This document shows positions 35,135-46,946 of a stretch of 64,000 nucleotides of DNA, in pieces. How positions within the stretch are numbered: position 1 is the stretch's first letter; the number at the start of each line of letters is the position of its first letter. The DNA comes from Macrostomum hystrix (Eukaryota > Animalia > Platyhelminthes): the NCBI GenBank assembly GCA_950097015.1, contig CATNEN010000002.1:3038001-3102000 (forward strand), given 5' to 3'. The position numbers and the translations under genes were made by a program. The notes below the pieces were generated by a model. The model was not told the DNA's origin. It made no database searches and saw nothing but the letters and a program-made list of their open reading frames with translations.

Positions 35135-36700
35135 CCAATAATACCAATCCCACCGCTGCCTCCAAAGTTGTTGCAGGGCTATACTATAATATTTAATATC
35201 CCACGAATGCCACCAAAGTTGTGCTAGTGCGGATCTCACTGCTGCTGTCTCAATTTAATAGATATTTAGACTGGCGGTGCTTAAATAGGCCGTTTTAACT
35301 CCTTAATATGGTAGCGTATGTGTTGCACGAGCGGTAATTAGGCACTATATGTACTTTCCAGCCGATTAGGCGTCCCCGAGATTAGAGTTTAGCAGTTCCC
35401 TCTTAGTAATATTCTTAGTATAAATCTGAGTATAGGTCTTAGTATAGGTCTTAGTATGGTTCTCAGTATAGTTCTTAGTATGGTTCTTATATAACAGTGT
35501 ATTTTTAGTTTTAAGTTTCATTACTGTAAATACGTTTTCTATAAAAATATGTAAAAAATATATAAAAAGAGAAAATTGAAAAACGCGCCAAAAAGAACTA
35601 TTTTGTTTTATTTTGTACCGTAAGAAAAATAATGCCGCATGTAAATATTTTGTTTTATTTTGTATCTAGTAAATAATACTATGTAAAAAGTCGCCATTAA
35701 AACAAAAGTTAATTTTTTACTGTATATATAGCCGCAATTTTGACTGGGAAAGCATAAGTCGTTTAAGTCGTTTGAGCTTGCTAAAGTTTACTAAAGTGTT
35801 CTGAAGTTGAAGTTTTCGAAGTGTTTAAGAAGAGTTTCTAAGTGTGTTTTAAATCAAAAGATTCAAGTGTCGCATTGTGTTATTCATTTTAAGAGAGGCT
35901 AGCAGTGAGAAATATACTCAGAACTATACTCAGAACTATATTCAGGACTATACTCGGAGATATACTCAGAACCATACTCAGAATTATACTCAGAACCATA
36001 CTCAGAATTATACTAAGAATATTGCAAAAAGGAAACTGCTAAACTCTAATCTCGGGGACGCCTAATTGACTGGAAACGTGTACAGTTGCCTAGTTACCGC
36101 TCGTGCAAATACATACGCTACCATTTGAGAAGCTAAAACGGCCCATTTAAGGACCGCCAGTCAAATATCTTTTAAATTGAGTCAACAGCAGTGAAATTGT
36201 TAAAATAGCCCCGTTACAACTTTGGTGTCTGAAGTGGGATTTTCTTATAAAAGCCTGTTATTAAATATTGTAAATTTAGCCCTAGTACACTTAGTATGTT
36301 TCTTAGTATAGTACTCATCTCAGTATATCTCTCAATATCATCTCACAATGACTTGACTTTCGGTCAACAATTTTACTCACACACTCTCTCACTATCTTAC
36401 ACGCACGGTGAGGTTTATTTTTCTGTCTAAAAAACTGCGGCTATGATATTACAAGAGTTTTTAGCATTTGTTTAAATGGTGAATTTTCACAAAATAGTAT
36501 TTACACGGTCATCATTAAAAGAAAAAAATTCATACAGTATATTAATAACACAAGAGCTATTTACTTTCAATATATTAAATAGTAAAACAAAAATTTGCTT
36601 TTTGGCGCGTATTTAATTTTTAGATTTTTTAGTATTTTTATAAAACGTATTTACAAAAAAATTTAACATATTTACACTAAAACAGATAATGTACTTACAC
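35135..36700. repeat. Complex imperfect inverted-repeat region with 12-bp TATACTCAGAAC sub-repeats
   Basis: 35135..35480 is inverted at 35905..36240; 35490..35745 is inverted at about 36420..36690. Confidence 0.75.
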
Positions 36701-36786
36701 CGTTACATTTTTATAGCTCTTGTGTTGTGATAACATTTCTGTATTATATTACTTATGACGGCATGATTAATTTCTAAAACATTCTA

Positions 36787-39700
36787 ACAACAACAACAAC
36801 AAATTACAGCTACCCCGGCGGTGCCGAAGGTGGGTAACTGTCAAAATGCGCGCGCAAGCGCAGCGTTTCGCAGAATTGTCACTCCACGGGGGTCGGAGAT
36901 GCCAGCGTCCGACAGAAGCAGGTCGACGTAGCGCACTGTCCTCGCCTGGCCACGCCGCCGCGGTCCCTGCAGGGAAAGCAACAGTACATCCTGCAGGGGC
37001 TCTGGGCAGCGCCGCTCGAAAGACGTGTCCGGCCAGCTGCAGGCGCCGGGATCGCAGTAGCTGGCTTGGTCGACGGAGCTGGGCTCGGCGGTACAATTCA
37101 TCGTTGGTGACAATGGTGGCGGTGTTCGGCGAGTAGTGGATCCCGAAGGCGGCGCGCAGGAGAGCTGCGTGTGCGGCGTCCAACTGCCGCTCCTGCGAGC
37201 TGGTCAGGGTCCACGTGTGGGCGTTGTACAAGAGCACGGTTTCAATCACGGCCTGAAACAACCGCCCCCTCAACCGGTTTGGAAGCGCGGGGCACTGCAG
37301 CACAGTTCGCAAGGAGCGGAAGGCTCCCCAGGCCAGAGCTCTGCGCCGTGCGATGTCGCCCTGCACGCTCGGAACCAGGCCGCCTAGGTACAAAAAATCC
37401 GTGCAGCGAGGTAGCAGCGCCACCTGCCCGCTCGGGTCACGGCAGCGGATCTCAGCCGGTAGGTCGTCGGCGTCGTGAGCACCATCGTTTTTCGGGCGTT
37501 CACAGTCAGTCCGACCACAGCTGCCGCGGCTGTCAGCTTGTCCAGCATGCGTTGGGCTCCTTCAACGGAACTTGACAACAGCGCCAGGTCGTCTGCGTAA
37601 GCCAGTATGGATACTCGCTTCTCAGGATGTCGCCTGCTCGTTCTGCGGCAGATCAGGAAGCCATCAGAGTCATCAGGAAGACTGACGCGCAGCACCCAGT
37701 CCAGGACCAGGACGAACAAGAAGGGGGCCAGAGTGTCCCCCTGCAGCACACCAGAAGACGTGTCGAAAAAGTCAGACAGGCCGTCTGGAGTCACAACTGC
37801 CGCCCTGGTCTCCTGGTACAGAGCCATCACGGCCGTCACCAGCTGCTCAGGCACGTGGTACGCGCGGAGGATGGTTGCGATGACTCGCCTCGACACCGAA
37901 TCAAACGCCTTCAGGAAATCTACAAAGCTGCAGACGACGGTTGTTTAATGGATACGAGCCTCTTCAAGGATGCGGCGCAACGCGAGAATTTGAGTCACTG
38001 TGCCCCTGCACGGCCGGAAACCATTCTGCTCTCGCCGGAGGAAAGGATCCAGCACTGGCTGCAGCCGCGTCAGCAGTACCCTGTTGTACAGTTTCGCGGT
38101 GCAGGACATCAGTGAGATTCCGCGGTGCTCGTCTATCTTGACAGTGCCAGGTTTCTTCGGGATTCCGACAATGTGCGCAGTTCGCCACTCGGGTGGGGCG
38201 GCGCCCCCGTCGAGCACACAGTTCATCACTCGCGTGACTTCCTGTGCTACTAGAGGGAGACGCAGCGCCTCCACTGGTACGTCGTCAGGTCCCGTGGCCT
38301 TGCCTCCTGGAGTCTTCTTTGCTAGATGTATTACTTCGTCAATGGTGATTGGGCTGGTATTGAAGGCGCTATCGTCCGGCAACACGACCTCCTCAGGAAG
38401 CGATATGTCGCACAGAGGTGGTGGTGGCGCGTTGACGATGCCGGAGAAGAAGTCCTTGAGCTCGTTTCGACGTTTTTCAGGTGTATCACCCGCTAGGTTT
38501 AGCGCGTTGCGCCGCTTGCGTCCCGTCAGCTCGTTGACAGCCGACCAAACGGCACGCGGCTTTTTGTCAGGACCAGCGTCGGTGATTTTGCGGATAGCAT
38601 CCTCCACCGCGGCGCACTGCCGCGACTTGAAGGTCTCCGCCAGGGCTTTCTCAGCGTCCTCTGTGGCTTGTCCTCTTCGTCGCAGCCTCTCGACTGTCAG
38701 CCGGGCCTGTCGCAGTGACTCGTCATCCTGCCACACAGGCTTACCACTTGGTGCTGCCTGCGCCATCGGCAGTGTTTTGGGAGCGGTGGCATGAATGGCT
38801 GAACTGATGCTTCCGTAGTCTGCTAGAGCTGCAGTCTCCGGCCTCGCTTCCATTGCCTCGGTGAAAGCCTTGCAGAAACGATCCTTCACAGTTGAGTTGC
38901 GAAGGGCACGGAAATAGTGCTTCGGTTGCCGTCTCGGTGGTCGATACAGTTGGGTCCTTCAGGTGCAGGTCACAATACAGCAGCCTGTGGTCCGACGGCA
39001 CAGCAAGTGGAGCCACCGTGTCGCAATTGGTCACGCGGCGCCGCTCTCGCCAGCGAAGCAGCACGTGGTCCAGCTGAGCGAATCTCCTCTTAGCAAATTT
39101 ACCGCCGGCTTTTTGGCGCGGCCGTTTGCATCCTGCAAAAGTAGCCAGTCTCTGTTGCGGCTTTTGGAAAATAGTGTTTGCCGATACTAGATCGTGTCGC
39201 CCTGCAAAGTCAACTAGTGCGTCGGTGTTGCTGTTCTCGCGTGGAGTGACGAACCGGGCGCGCTCAGATTTCCGCATCACAGCGTTGAAGTCTCCGAGCA
39301 CAAGCACCGAATCGCGCTGAGCGACCGCCTTCAGCTGCCCCGACAGGAACTCCATAAATTGCTGATGCTCCGTCGGGTGTGCAGCTGTGGGTGCATAGGC
39401 GCAGAACAGGCGCACATTTCGCGAGCGCAGGCGCAGGTCAACTCGCAGCAGTCTCGGTGATAGGCTCTCGCATCGGGTGCAGCGCTGCAGCCGTGGACTT
39501 ATCAGAACACCGACTCCTCCTCGGCCTCTTGGATCCGCTGAGGTATAATGTAGGAGCCAGCCGCCGCCGAGGTGCTCCTGGCGAAGCCCCTGCTCGGTGC
39601 TAATTGAAATTTCTTGTAGCATGATTAGGTCTAATTTAAGATCGTCTGCAAGTTGTGCTAGCAGATGTTGTCTCCACCTCGCCCGTAGAGTTCGACAATT

Positions 39701-40086
39701 CCAGGTCGCAACCCTGAGCAGTTGCGCGTATTTTGTTTCAGCTGGGGCCCGTTGTTGTGGGGCCTCTTGGTCCCCGGCGCCACCCGGAGGATCCGCACCA
39801 CCAGGCAGCATAGCATTTTGGCTTGCGGCTCGTCGTTCGCGTCCGCGAAGTCGGCCACGACGGTTGCGCTCGCGGCGCCGTTCTTTTCGCCGACATTCGC
39901 TGCGTTGGCCACGCCGCTTGGATGGTGTGCCGCTCTAGGCTGCCGCAGCAGGAGCGCGGCTCTCCGTTGAGGCCTTGGTACGCACTGGTAGCACTGGCAT
40001 GGTAGACAGCTGCAGACAGTGGCACCAGGAGGCCGCAGCGCTATTCAAACGCCAGGGCGTTTAAATAGACTGCAACGCCCTAATAA
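36787..40086 (-). mobile_element. Full-length RTE-clade non-LTR retrotransposon (3.3 kb)
   Basis: Single APE+RT frame: VATWNCRTL, GRGGVGVLI, AYAPT, LGDFNA, LDHVL, SDHRL, KATGPD, QNGFR, FVDFLKAFDSV, GVLQGDTLAPFLF, AYADDL. (TTG)n 3' tail; 12-bp TSD TAAAACATTCTA (36775..36786, 40087..40098). Confidence 0.93.
36841..39811 (-). pseudogene. RTE endonuclease/reverse transcriptase ORF, disrupted
   Basis: Frameshifts near 38950, 37470 and 37010, plus an in-frame TAA at 37945..37947. Confidence 0.85.
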
Positions 40087-41843
40087 TAAAACATTCTATT
40101 TTATATCTATTTTTATTTACCTTACCTATAGTGCCAATTTTCTATAAAACAAGTTTTTGGAAACCTTATCTGCCTGTATATATGCGCAAAAACTCCCTTA
40201 AATTTAAATATACGCGTCTTAAATTATTCACCGTTCAACAAACTTCTTAAATCCTGGTCGTTCTGGCTTATTTTCCTTCGGCCTACCTCATGCATGGAAT
40301 ACAAACATCATATGCATGTAATATATTTTAGATATTTTCCTAAATATGAGTGAAAGCAAAATCTTTCAGATGTTTAAACCAATTTATAAACAAAATCATC
40401 TTTTGCTAGTGCGTTTTAACACAATTGATTATGTAGCACGATCTAAATCGATCGCTCGACGTTAGATTTGGTTTGTGGCATAATATGTACAAGTCTTTGA
40501 ATTATCTGTAATGAATATTTCGAAGGCCGCGTTCAAATCTTCTGATATTCGAACCTTGGTGCAACTGCCGAATCAGCGCGAACTCTTATTGACTGACTAT
40601 ATATTTTATTATATATTTAATATTATCGTTAAAACAAATTTATAACAATTAAAAAGCAATCATTTATAAATACGAAAGGTAACACGTTGCAATAGAAAAA
40701 ATGGCATAAATATAAAAAGTTGTACATTTAAAATTAGTACCTAAGAATATTACATCTCTCTAATTTGAAAGCAAATCAAATGTTAAGATTATTGGCAGTC
40801 AAAACGCGTTGTCTCTGCATCCTGATTATTATTATTTAATAACTGTTTAGCAAACCTCAATACCACGAACGAGCCTGAACGAATGCATGCATGCGTTCGT
40901 ATTTTGTTAACTTAAACACTCGTATACCTAATTGTCAGAGATTCTGTTGGTCTCAGCAGACAGATCGTTATGAACATAAAATTCAAATGCTAGATTCATT
41001 GAAATGATCGCAAATCGAAACATTTTGCCATGCTACGCTGTAGTTCAACTCGATCTGTTGTCATTTACGGATGATTAAATTCTAAAGAGGTCAGATCAGA
41101 AACCAAAACATTCAAGTACATATTAGATCATTAATAACGCTCAAAGTAACACAGTCGCTTTATAAGAGAGAACATCGTTTAATATGATTTAATTTTCTAT
41201 GTCTGTTTATACTTTTCATCAAACGAGGCCAGAAGAAATGACTACATTATTTTCTATGAACATTTTTACATGGATTATAGCATTGCATACTTCAAGATGG
41301 ATACGATTTGATAGCAATGCACAAGCTAAATGAGCTTATAATATTTTGTTAAGGATTGAGGTGAGTGTAAACGTAAACGATTCCAACACTTCGAGAGGCA
41401 AATCCGCGGATTTTCCGCGGGCTTACCATGTGCGTTGGGCTTGCGCAGAGTAGGTTGCCATGCATAGAGCTCTCATGCACAGCTCGTTTGAAGTGCGCAA
41501 CAGTTCATGGAAGTTCTCTTTCTAATGCATACATAAGTGTACGGTTTGATGAATGTGCATGGTCGGCAACAATCGATGGCGTGCACATTGAAATGTACAG
41601 ACGCACTCCAGCTGTGACAGGTCTGCTAAGTTTACAATAAACTGTGTAGCAACCAAAATTCGTATTAAAACTATATCTTATTATTGGGCGCCTTGGCTTG
41701 ATTATAATACAAATATACTCTAGCTCAGAGAAAGATAAAACTTAATATAGACATATTACATTCCTGCTTTCACCTCTTGTGAAAGCTCTTAATGTTTAAC
41801 CTCTTCTGTTGATCTATGTAAGGTTTGTCACGACTCAGTAAGA

Positions 41844-44800
41844 ATGGATATAGAAGACATTGAAAAAGGTATGCAGAAATTATTAAAAGGACTCCCTGCG
41901 AAGCTAGCAGGTAAGTCCTTAGGACTTCAAGGACGGCAGAGCAGCGATTCGATGTCGGTAGAAACGAGGCTCTTCTTCAGAGCCGTCCAGGTGGGCGACC
42001 ACAAAGAGGTTCAGAAGTTTCTTCTCAAAGACGTTAGCCCGGACGCAACAGACAATCACGGTAGGTCGGGCTTGCACGTAGCTGCATTGAATGATCACCA
42101 AGACATATTTAGTGCTTTACTAAACCGAGGCGCCGACCCCGAAAAAGCCGATGAGAGCGGCATTACCCCGCTGATGTGCGCCAGTCAGAAGGGGTGCGAC
42201 CGCATCATCGACATGCTGCTAGATAATGGAGTTGACGTGGCAAAAAGGAACAGTGCTAATCAAAACGCAGTGTTCTATGCATTGTTCAAAGGGCATGTTG
42301 GCATTGCAGAGAAGCTGGAGCAGAAGCGCTCGTGTGTGCACGATTTGCAGGAGGAGCCTCTCATTGCCATTTATATGAAAGCTGTTTCCAAAAATTGGCT
42401 TGACGTCGTAAAGTTTTTGTCAGAAAGAAAATGTGACGTCTCCCGCTCCAACAAGCTGCTGATCGCATCCCAGGCGGCGCTCTGTGGCCATACTGAAATA
42501 CTGAAGTATTTCAGTCAGGTTGACTTCAAGGAGAAAACAGAAGATGGACGCAGCCCACTGCTCGGCGCGGTGCAGAACGGATTCGACGATGCAGTAGAAT
42601 ACATGCTGAGTAAAGGATGCGATCTTTCGAATTGTGAAGACGCAGTGCGAATGGCAATCGTTGCGAGCCATTTAAAAATTCTCCGAATGCTTCTTGACAA
42701 CGGAGCTCCTATGTGTAAGACTGACGAGAATGGAATTACTCCAGTTCAACTCGCCATTGTCCAGGGCTCTTTTGAAATGTTCAAGTACTTAGTAGAGAAG
42801 AATTGCTCACTTGAGTCGCACCACAAATTGGGATCCTTGGCTCTCATTGCAGCTAGCCGACGCAAATTTGACGTACTGAAATATTTAGCGGAGAACGGAT
42901 ACGCAGTTGACGAGTCGGACAAGGAGTCTGGCGAGACACCTCTGCTAGCAGCTTGTCAAAACGGGCCCTTCGAAGCAGTCGAGCTGCTGCTTAACCATGG
43001 ATGCAACCCCAACGCTAGAAATCACAGGGGGGTGACGCCTGCGTTGAGAGCAGCCAACAATAATCAGGAAGAAATATTGATGCTTCTAGCGGAGAAAGGT
43101 GCCAAGCTGGACCTTCCAAACACTCGCACGGGAGACAACGCGATGCTGTGCGCGGCCAGAAACAAGTCGCTTTCCATGGTTCGATTCTTGGCAGACCAAG
43201 GCTGCCAACTGGACGTCAAGGACCTAGATGGAAAAACAGTAGCCGCATATGCAGTCGAAAAGAATAATGTTCCACTTTTGAAGTTCTTGCAGCAGAAGAA
43301 GGTTTGCCTTGATGTGCCAGATGAGAGAGGTATGACGCCGCTAATGTTAGCGGTGAAAAGTAAGTCAGTGGAAGCAATCCAACAGTTAACTAGCACACCA
43401 GATCTTTGTAACGTAAACCATAGGAACTTGAAGGGTGCTACAGCGACGCACCTTGCCATAGCTTCAGGAAATATTAAACTAGTTGAGCTATTGAAAGAAA
43501 AAGGTGCTGACTTTAGTGCCACAGATCATGATGGCAACACCCCTCTACTGGAAAGTCTTAAACATAAAAAGGCTTACGACATGCTCCTTTATCTAATTAA
43601 GAATGGATGCGACCTGCAAGCCACTGACGATTTCTTGAGAAGCGCTGTGCACTATGCATGTACACTGCAGAAAAACGACGCGTTGATGCTTCTTCTGGAC
43701 TTTAATTGTCCGTTCGACACAATAGATAGCATTGGAATGACGCCGTTTTTGATAAGCGCTGAGCAGGGCAGCGAGTCGCTCGTCACCATTCTGAAAGCCG
43801 TAGGCGCTGACGTCAACAGAAGAAACATGAAGGGCAAAAATGCAGCTCACCTAGCAGCCAAGAAGGGCGACCTAAAGCTTATTCAGTGCTGTTCCCTTTT
43901 TGGCTGCAACTTGGATCAGGAAGACAACGATGGCAAAACGCCACTAATATTTGCCTGCTCTAAAAATAAGCCAGAAATCGTGGAGTTCTTGCTCCGCAAA
44001 GAGGCCGATGCAAACGCTCTCACTCACAGAGCCAGGACTCCAGTACATTACGCTTGCAAGGCTGGGTCGATAGAGCTGCTGAAGCTACTCCAAGAGAAGG
44101 GAGCAGAGCTAGACCTTCGCGACCTAAATGGCGTCACTCCAATGATGCTGGCTGCCGAAAGACAAGGGCCAGAAATATTAAACTTTCTCCGTGACAAAAA
44201 GTGCGACTTGACAAGAACAGATGCAAAAATGCGAACTGCTCTACACTTTGCTGTCAACGGAAAGAATGAAGAGGCTGTTGGCTTCCTCATCGATAATGGG
44301 CTCAATCCGAATGCCTTGGACGAATCGGGAAATTCGCCAATTTCACTGAGCATCAAAACGAACCAAACCGCAGTTCTGGCTCTGTTGAGGAGCAAAGGTG
44401 GAATTGTGAGCGACCTTTTTGACAGCAAGTCAATGAATACTGCCCACTTCGCGTGCAAGTTGGGCAACTTGGAATTGCTGAAGGCCTTGGTCAAGGAAGA
44501 TGTGTCAATCAGCAGTCGCACAGCAGATGGTGATACCTGTCTTACTATAGCTTGTTCAAACGGCCATGAAGAGGTAGTGAAGTTTCTGGTTGGAAAGAAC
44601 ATTAACGTAAAGTACAAAACACCACAGGGTGACAATGCGCTGCACATTGCAGCAAAGAAGTCCCAGTTGGTATTGCTGCCGCTGCTAATTCAAAGTGGAA
44701 TTCCTGTGTCGGAAAAGAATCGAGATGGGGAAACTGTGCTGCATATTTTGTGCCAAAAGTCTTGCTCATCGAAGGTCGACAACATGCAGGAACTCAGGAC

Positions 44801-46946
44801 GCACACTGAGGAGCAAATCCACAAACTCAAACAGCTAGTCGACCAGGGGCCCGAGGCGATGAAGCCCGAGTTGATGAAAATCGTCGAAAAGACGAGGGCT
44901 CTGCCAGATGCCCTGATAAATAAAGGCATGCAGTTAATAAACTGCGTGGGAAAGAGCAGTTTGACACAGCAGCTTGACACAGTTTTAAAAGCAGGAGCAG
45001 ACGTGAATGAAGCGACTTGCTCCGGCAAGACGCCACTGCACTTTGCCTGTCAGAATGGCAGTAAGCATGTGATCAAAATTCTTTTATCTAACGAGGCTCA
45101 GCTAAACCCACAGGACTCTGATGGAGAAACGCCAATCTTCGTTGCCATTAGAAACGGCAAATCTAAGGTCGTCCAATTGCTTGTTGATAGAGGAGCTGAT
45201 TTAAATGTCACCAATAAAAACGGCATTAGTCCATACTCACTAGCCATTTGTTTAAATGAAGACGCCATCAAGAAAATACTCGAAAGCAAGGGTGCTCAAT
45301 TTGACCCAGCAGCCACCGTCTCACATTTGACAGTGACCTCCATCTTCAAGAGGGGCAGCTTGGGCCATCTCGATCGCCTGTTAGAACTGGGTTTTGATGG
45401 TAAGAAGGTTGAAAATGGAAAAACTCTTTTGCATCACGCCATTTTGACTGGCAACGTCAGCATTATAGAAGGTCTTCGAGATCCCAGATACACATTCGTC
45501 AAAGAAATCCTGGATGAACAAGACAGCTACGGAGACACGGCTCTGCATCTGGCTCTAATGAGAGGCAGGCTAGACATGGCCGCAGTTTTGATTCAGCTGG
45601 GATGCAGGAAAGATCTAAGAAACGCAAAAGAACACACGGTACTTCATGTTGCAGCCATTGAGAACAAGCTGGCGCTGGTCAAGTGGGTCACTGAGCAATG
45701 CCCGGAAGCCTGTCAGCCACATCGCACTGAAGCAGAGATAAGAACACCACAACATTTCGCAGCAATCAAGGGGAACCTCGAAGTGTTCAAGATTCTCGAG
45801 CAAATCGGCTTCTCTGCAGCCACAACCTGCAAAAATGGACTGAACAGCGCACACTATGCTGCTATTCACGGAAATTTGCACGTTCTGCAGTACTTGAAGG
45901 TGTCAAATCCAGACGCCGCTCTTGAAATCTTTAAACAGAAAAACAAATCTGGATTTCTTCCCATACAATGCGCGGTATTGAATGGTCACGAAAAAATTGC
46001 TAACTTTTTGTACAAGAGCGTTCCGTCGCTGCCCAAGTGCATTGTTCACCAGGCCGCAGCCCTGGGAAATCAGCACTTGGTCGACTGGGTGCAGAAGAGA
46101 GGGGTAGACATGAAGGCTGTTGACCCTGAAACTGGTGAAACGGCCTTGAGAGCCGCCATATCCTCGGGAAATTTTCATCTGGTTAAGAGATTCGCCACTA
46201 GCGACTTGATTGTCACGAATAAGCATGGCAACACACCTGCTCAATTAGCGGCAGCCAAAGATCACAAGCATATTTTATTGTTTCTAAGGAATAGGGACGC
46301 TGAACTCGATATTCAAGACGAAGATGGAGACACCGCGATTTCCGATTGTGCGATAAACGGTTGTCTGGAGTCGATGAAAATGCTCGTTAGATTTGGATGC
46401 AATCTGAAGCACAAGAACAAAAAACTGCGAAACATTGTTCACCTGGCATGCATCGGCTGGGACAAGAAAGGCCATCGAGACGTACTCGAATTCGCTGTGG
46501 AAAATAATGTTCCTCTTGATGAAGGCGATGAGGAGAGCAACACGGGATTAATGTACGCCTGTCGTCAGGGATTCAAGGACATAGTCGATTTCCTACTCAA
46601 CAGCAAGCAGTGTGACCTAGACAAAGCGAATAAGCAGGGATCAACCGCTGCTCACCTGGCAGCCATGGCCGGTCGAGCTGACATCATCGACGCTCTCTCA
46701 AAGCACGGAGCCCACTTCAGTGCGGAGGACGCCAGCGGCGTGACTCCACTCATGATCGCAGTTCACCGCGAGAGCCTGGACTGCGTGAACCTGCTAGCGG
46801 AGAAAGCCGGGCTCGGAGATGGCACTGGAAAAGAACGACTGGAGCAGCTGGCTACCTGGGCGAGTCCCCAGGTGCGCCAGGTCTTGGAACAACACGGCGC
46901 TCGAATCGTTCTGTCTGAAGAGACTCAAGATGCAGCGCAGCGGTAA
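41844..46946 (+). CDS. Large ankyrin-repeat protein B (1700-aa open exon; alternative start at 41952; probable 3' exons at 47173..47308 or 47403..47574)
   Basis: Ankyrin repeats throughout; roughly half identical by eye to protein A; stop codon overlaps a canonical CG|GTAAGT donor. Confidence 0.9.
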   Translation: MDIEDIEKGMQKLLKGLPAKLAGKSLGLQGRQSSDSMSVETRLFFRAVQVGDHKEVQKFLLKDVSPDATDNHGRSGLHVAALNDHQDIFSALLNRGADPEKADESGITPLMCASQKGCDRIIDMLLDNGVDVAKRNSANQNAVFYALFKGHVGIAEKLEQKRSCVHDLQEEPLIAIYMKAVSKNWLDVVKFLSERKCDVSRSNKLLIASQAALCGHTEILKYFSQVDFKEKTEDGRSPLLGAVQNGFDDAVEYMLSKGCDLSNCEDAVRMAIVASHLKILRMLLDNGAPMCKTDENGITPVQLAIVQGSFEMFKYLVEKNCSLESHHKLGSLALIAASRRKFDVLKYLAENGYAVDESDKESGETPLLAACQNGPFEAVELLLNHGCNPNARNHRGVTPALRAANNNQEEILMLLAEKGAKLDLPNTRTGDNAMLCAARNKSLSMVRFLADQGCQLDVKDLDGKTVAAYAVEKNNVPLLKFLQQKKVCLDVPDERGMTPLMLAVKSKSVEAIQQLTSTPDLCNVNHRNLKGATATHLAIASGNIKLVELLKEKGADFSATDHDGNTPLLESLKHKKAYDMLLYLIKNGCDLQATDDFLRSAVHYACTLQKNDALMLLLDFNCPFDTIDSIGMTPFLISAEQGSESLVTILKAVGADVNRRNMKGKNAAHLAAKKGDLKLIQCCSLFGCNLDQEDNDGKTPLIFACSKNKPEIVEFLLRKEADANALTHRARTPVHYACKAGSIELLKLLQEKGAELDLRDLNGVTPMMLAAERQGPEILNFLRDKKCDLTRTDAKMRTALHFAVNGKNEEAVGFLIDNGLNPNALDESGNSPISLSIKTNQTAVLALLRSKGGIVSDLFDSKSMNTAHFACKLGNLELLKALVKEDVSISSRTADGDTCLTIACSNGHEEVVKFLVGKNINVKYKTPQGDNALHIAAKKSQLVLLPLLIQSGIPVSEKNRDGETVLHILCQKSCSSKVDNMQELRTHTEEQIHKLKQLVDQGPEAMKPELMKIVEKTRALPDALINKGMQLINCVGKSSLTQQLDTVLKAGADVNEATCSGKTPLHFACQNGSKHVIKILLSNEAQLNPQDSDGETPIFVAIRNGKSKVVQLLVDRGADLNVTNKNGISPYSLAICLNEDAIKKILESKGAQFDPAATVSHLTVTSIFKRGSLGHLDRLLELGFDGKKVENGKTLLHHAILTGNVSIIEGLRDPRYTFVKEILDEQDSYGDTALHLALMRGRLDMAAVLIQLGCRKDLRNAKEHTVLHVAAIENKLALVKWVTEQCPEACQPHRTEAEIRTPQHFAAIKGNLEVFKILEQIGFSAATTCKNGLNSAHYAAIHGNLHVLQYLKVSNPDAALEIFKQKNKSGFLPIQCAVLNGHEKIANFLYKSVPSLPKCIVHQAAALGNQHLVDWVQKRGVDMKAVDPETGETALRAAISSGNFHLVKRFATSDLIVTNKHGNTPAQLAAAKDHKHILLFLRNRDAELDIQDEDGDTAISDCAINGCLESMKMLVRFGCNLKHKNKKLRNIVHLACIGWDKKGHRDVLEFAVENNVPLDEGDEESNTGLMYACRQGFKDIVDFLLNSKQCDLDKANKQGSTAAHLAAMAGRADIIDALSKHGAHFSAEDASGVTPLMIAVHRESLDCVNLLAEKAGLGDGTGKERLEQLATWASPQVRQVLEQHGARIVLSEETQDAAQR

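Noticed and set aside
28449-46946. TRPA/NOMPC channel, latrotoxin or canonical ankyrin
   Set aside because: No transmembrane segments, N-terminal toxin domain, ZU5 or death domain in either ORF or in the candidate 3' exons.
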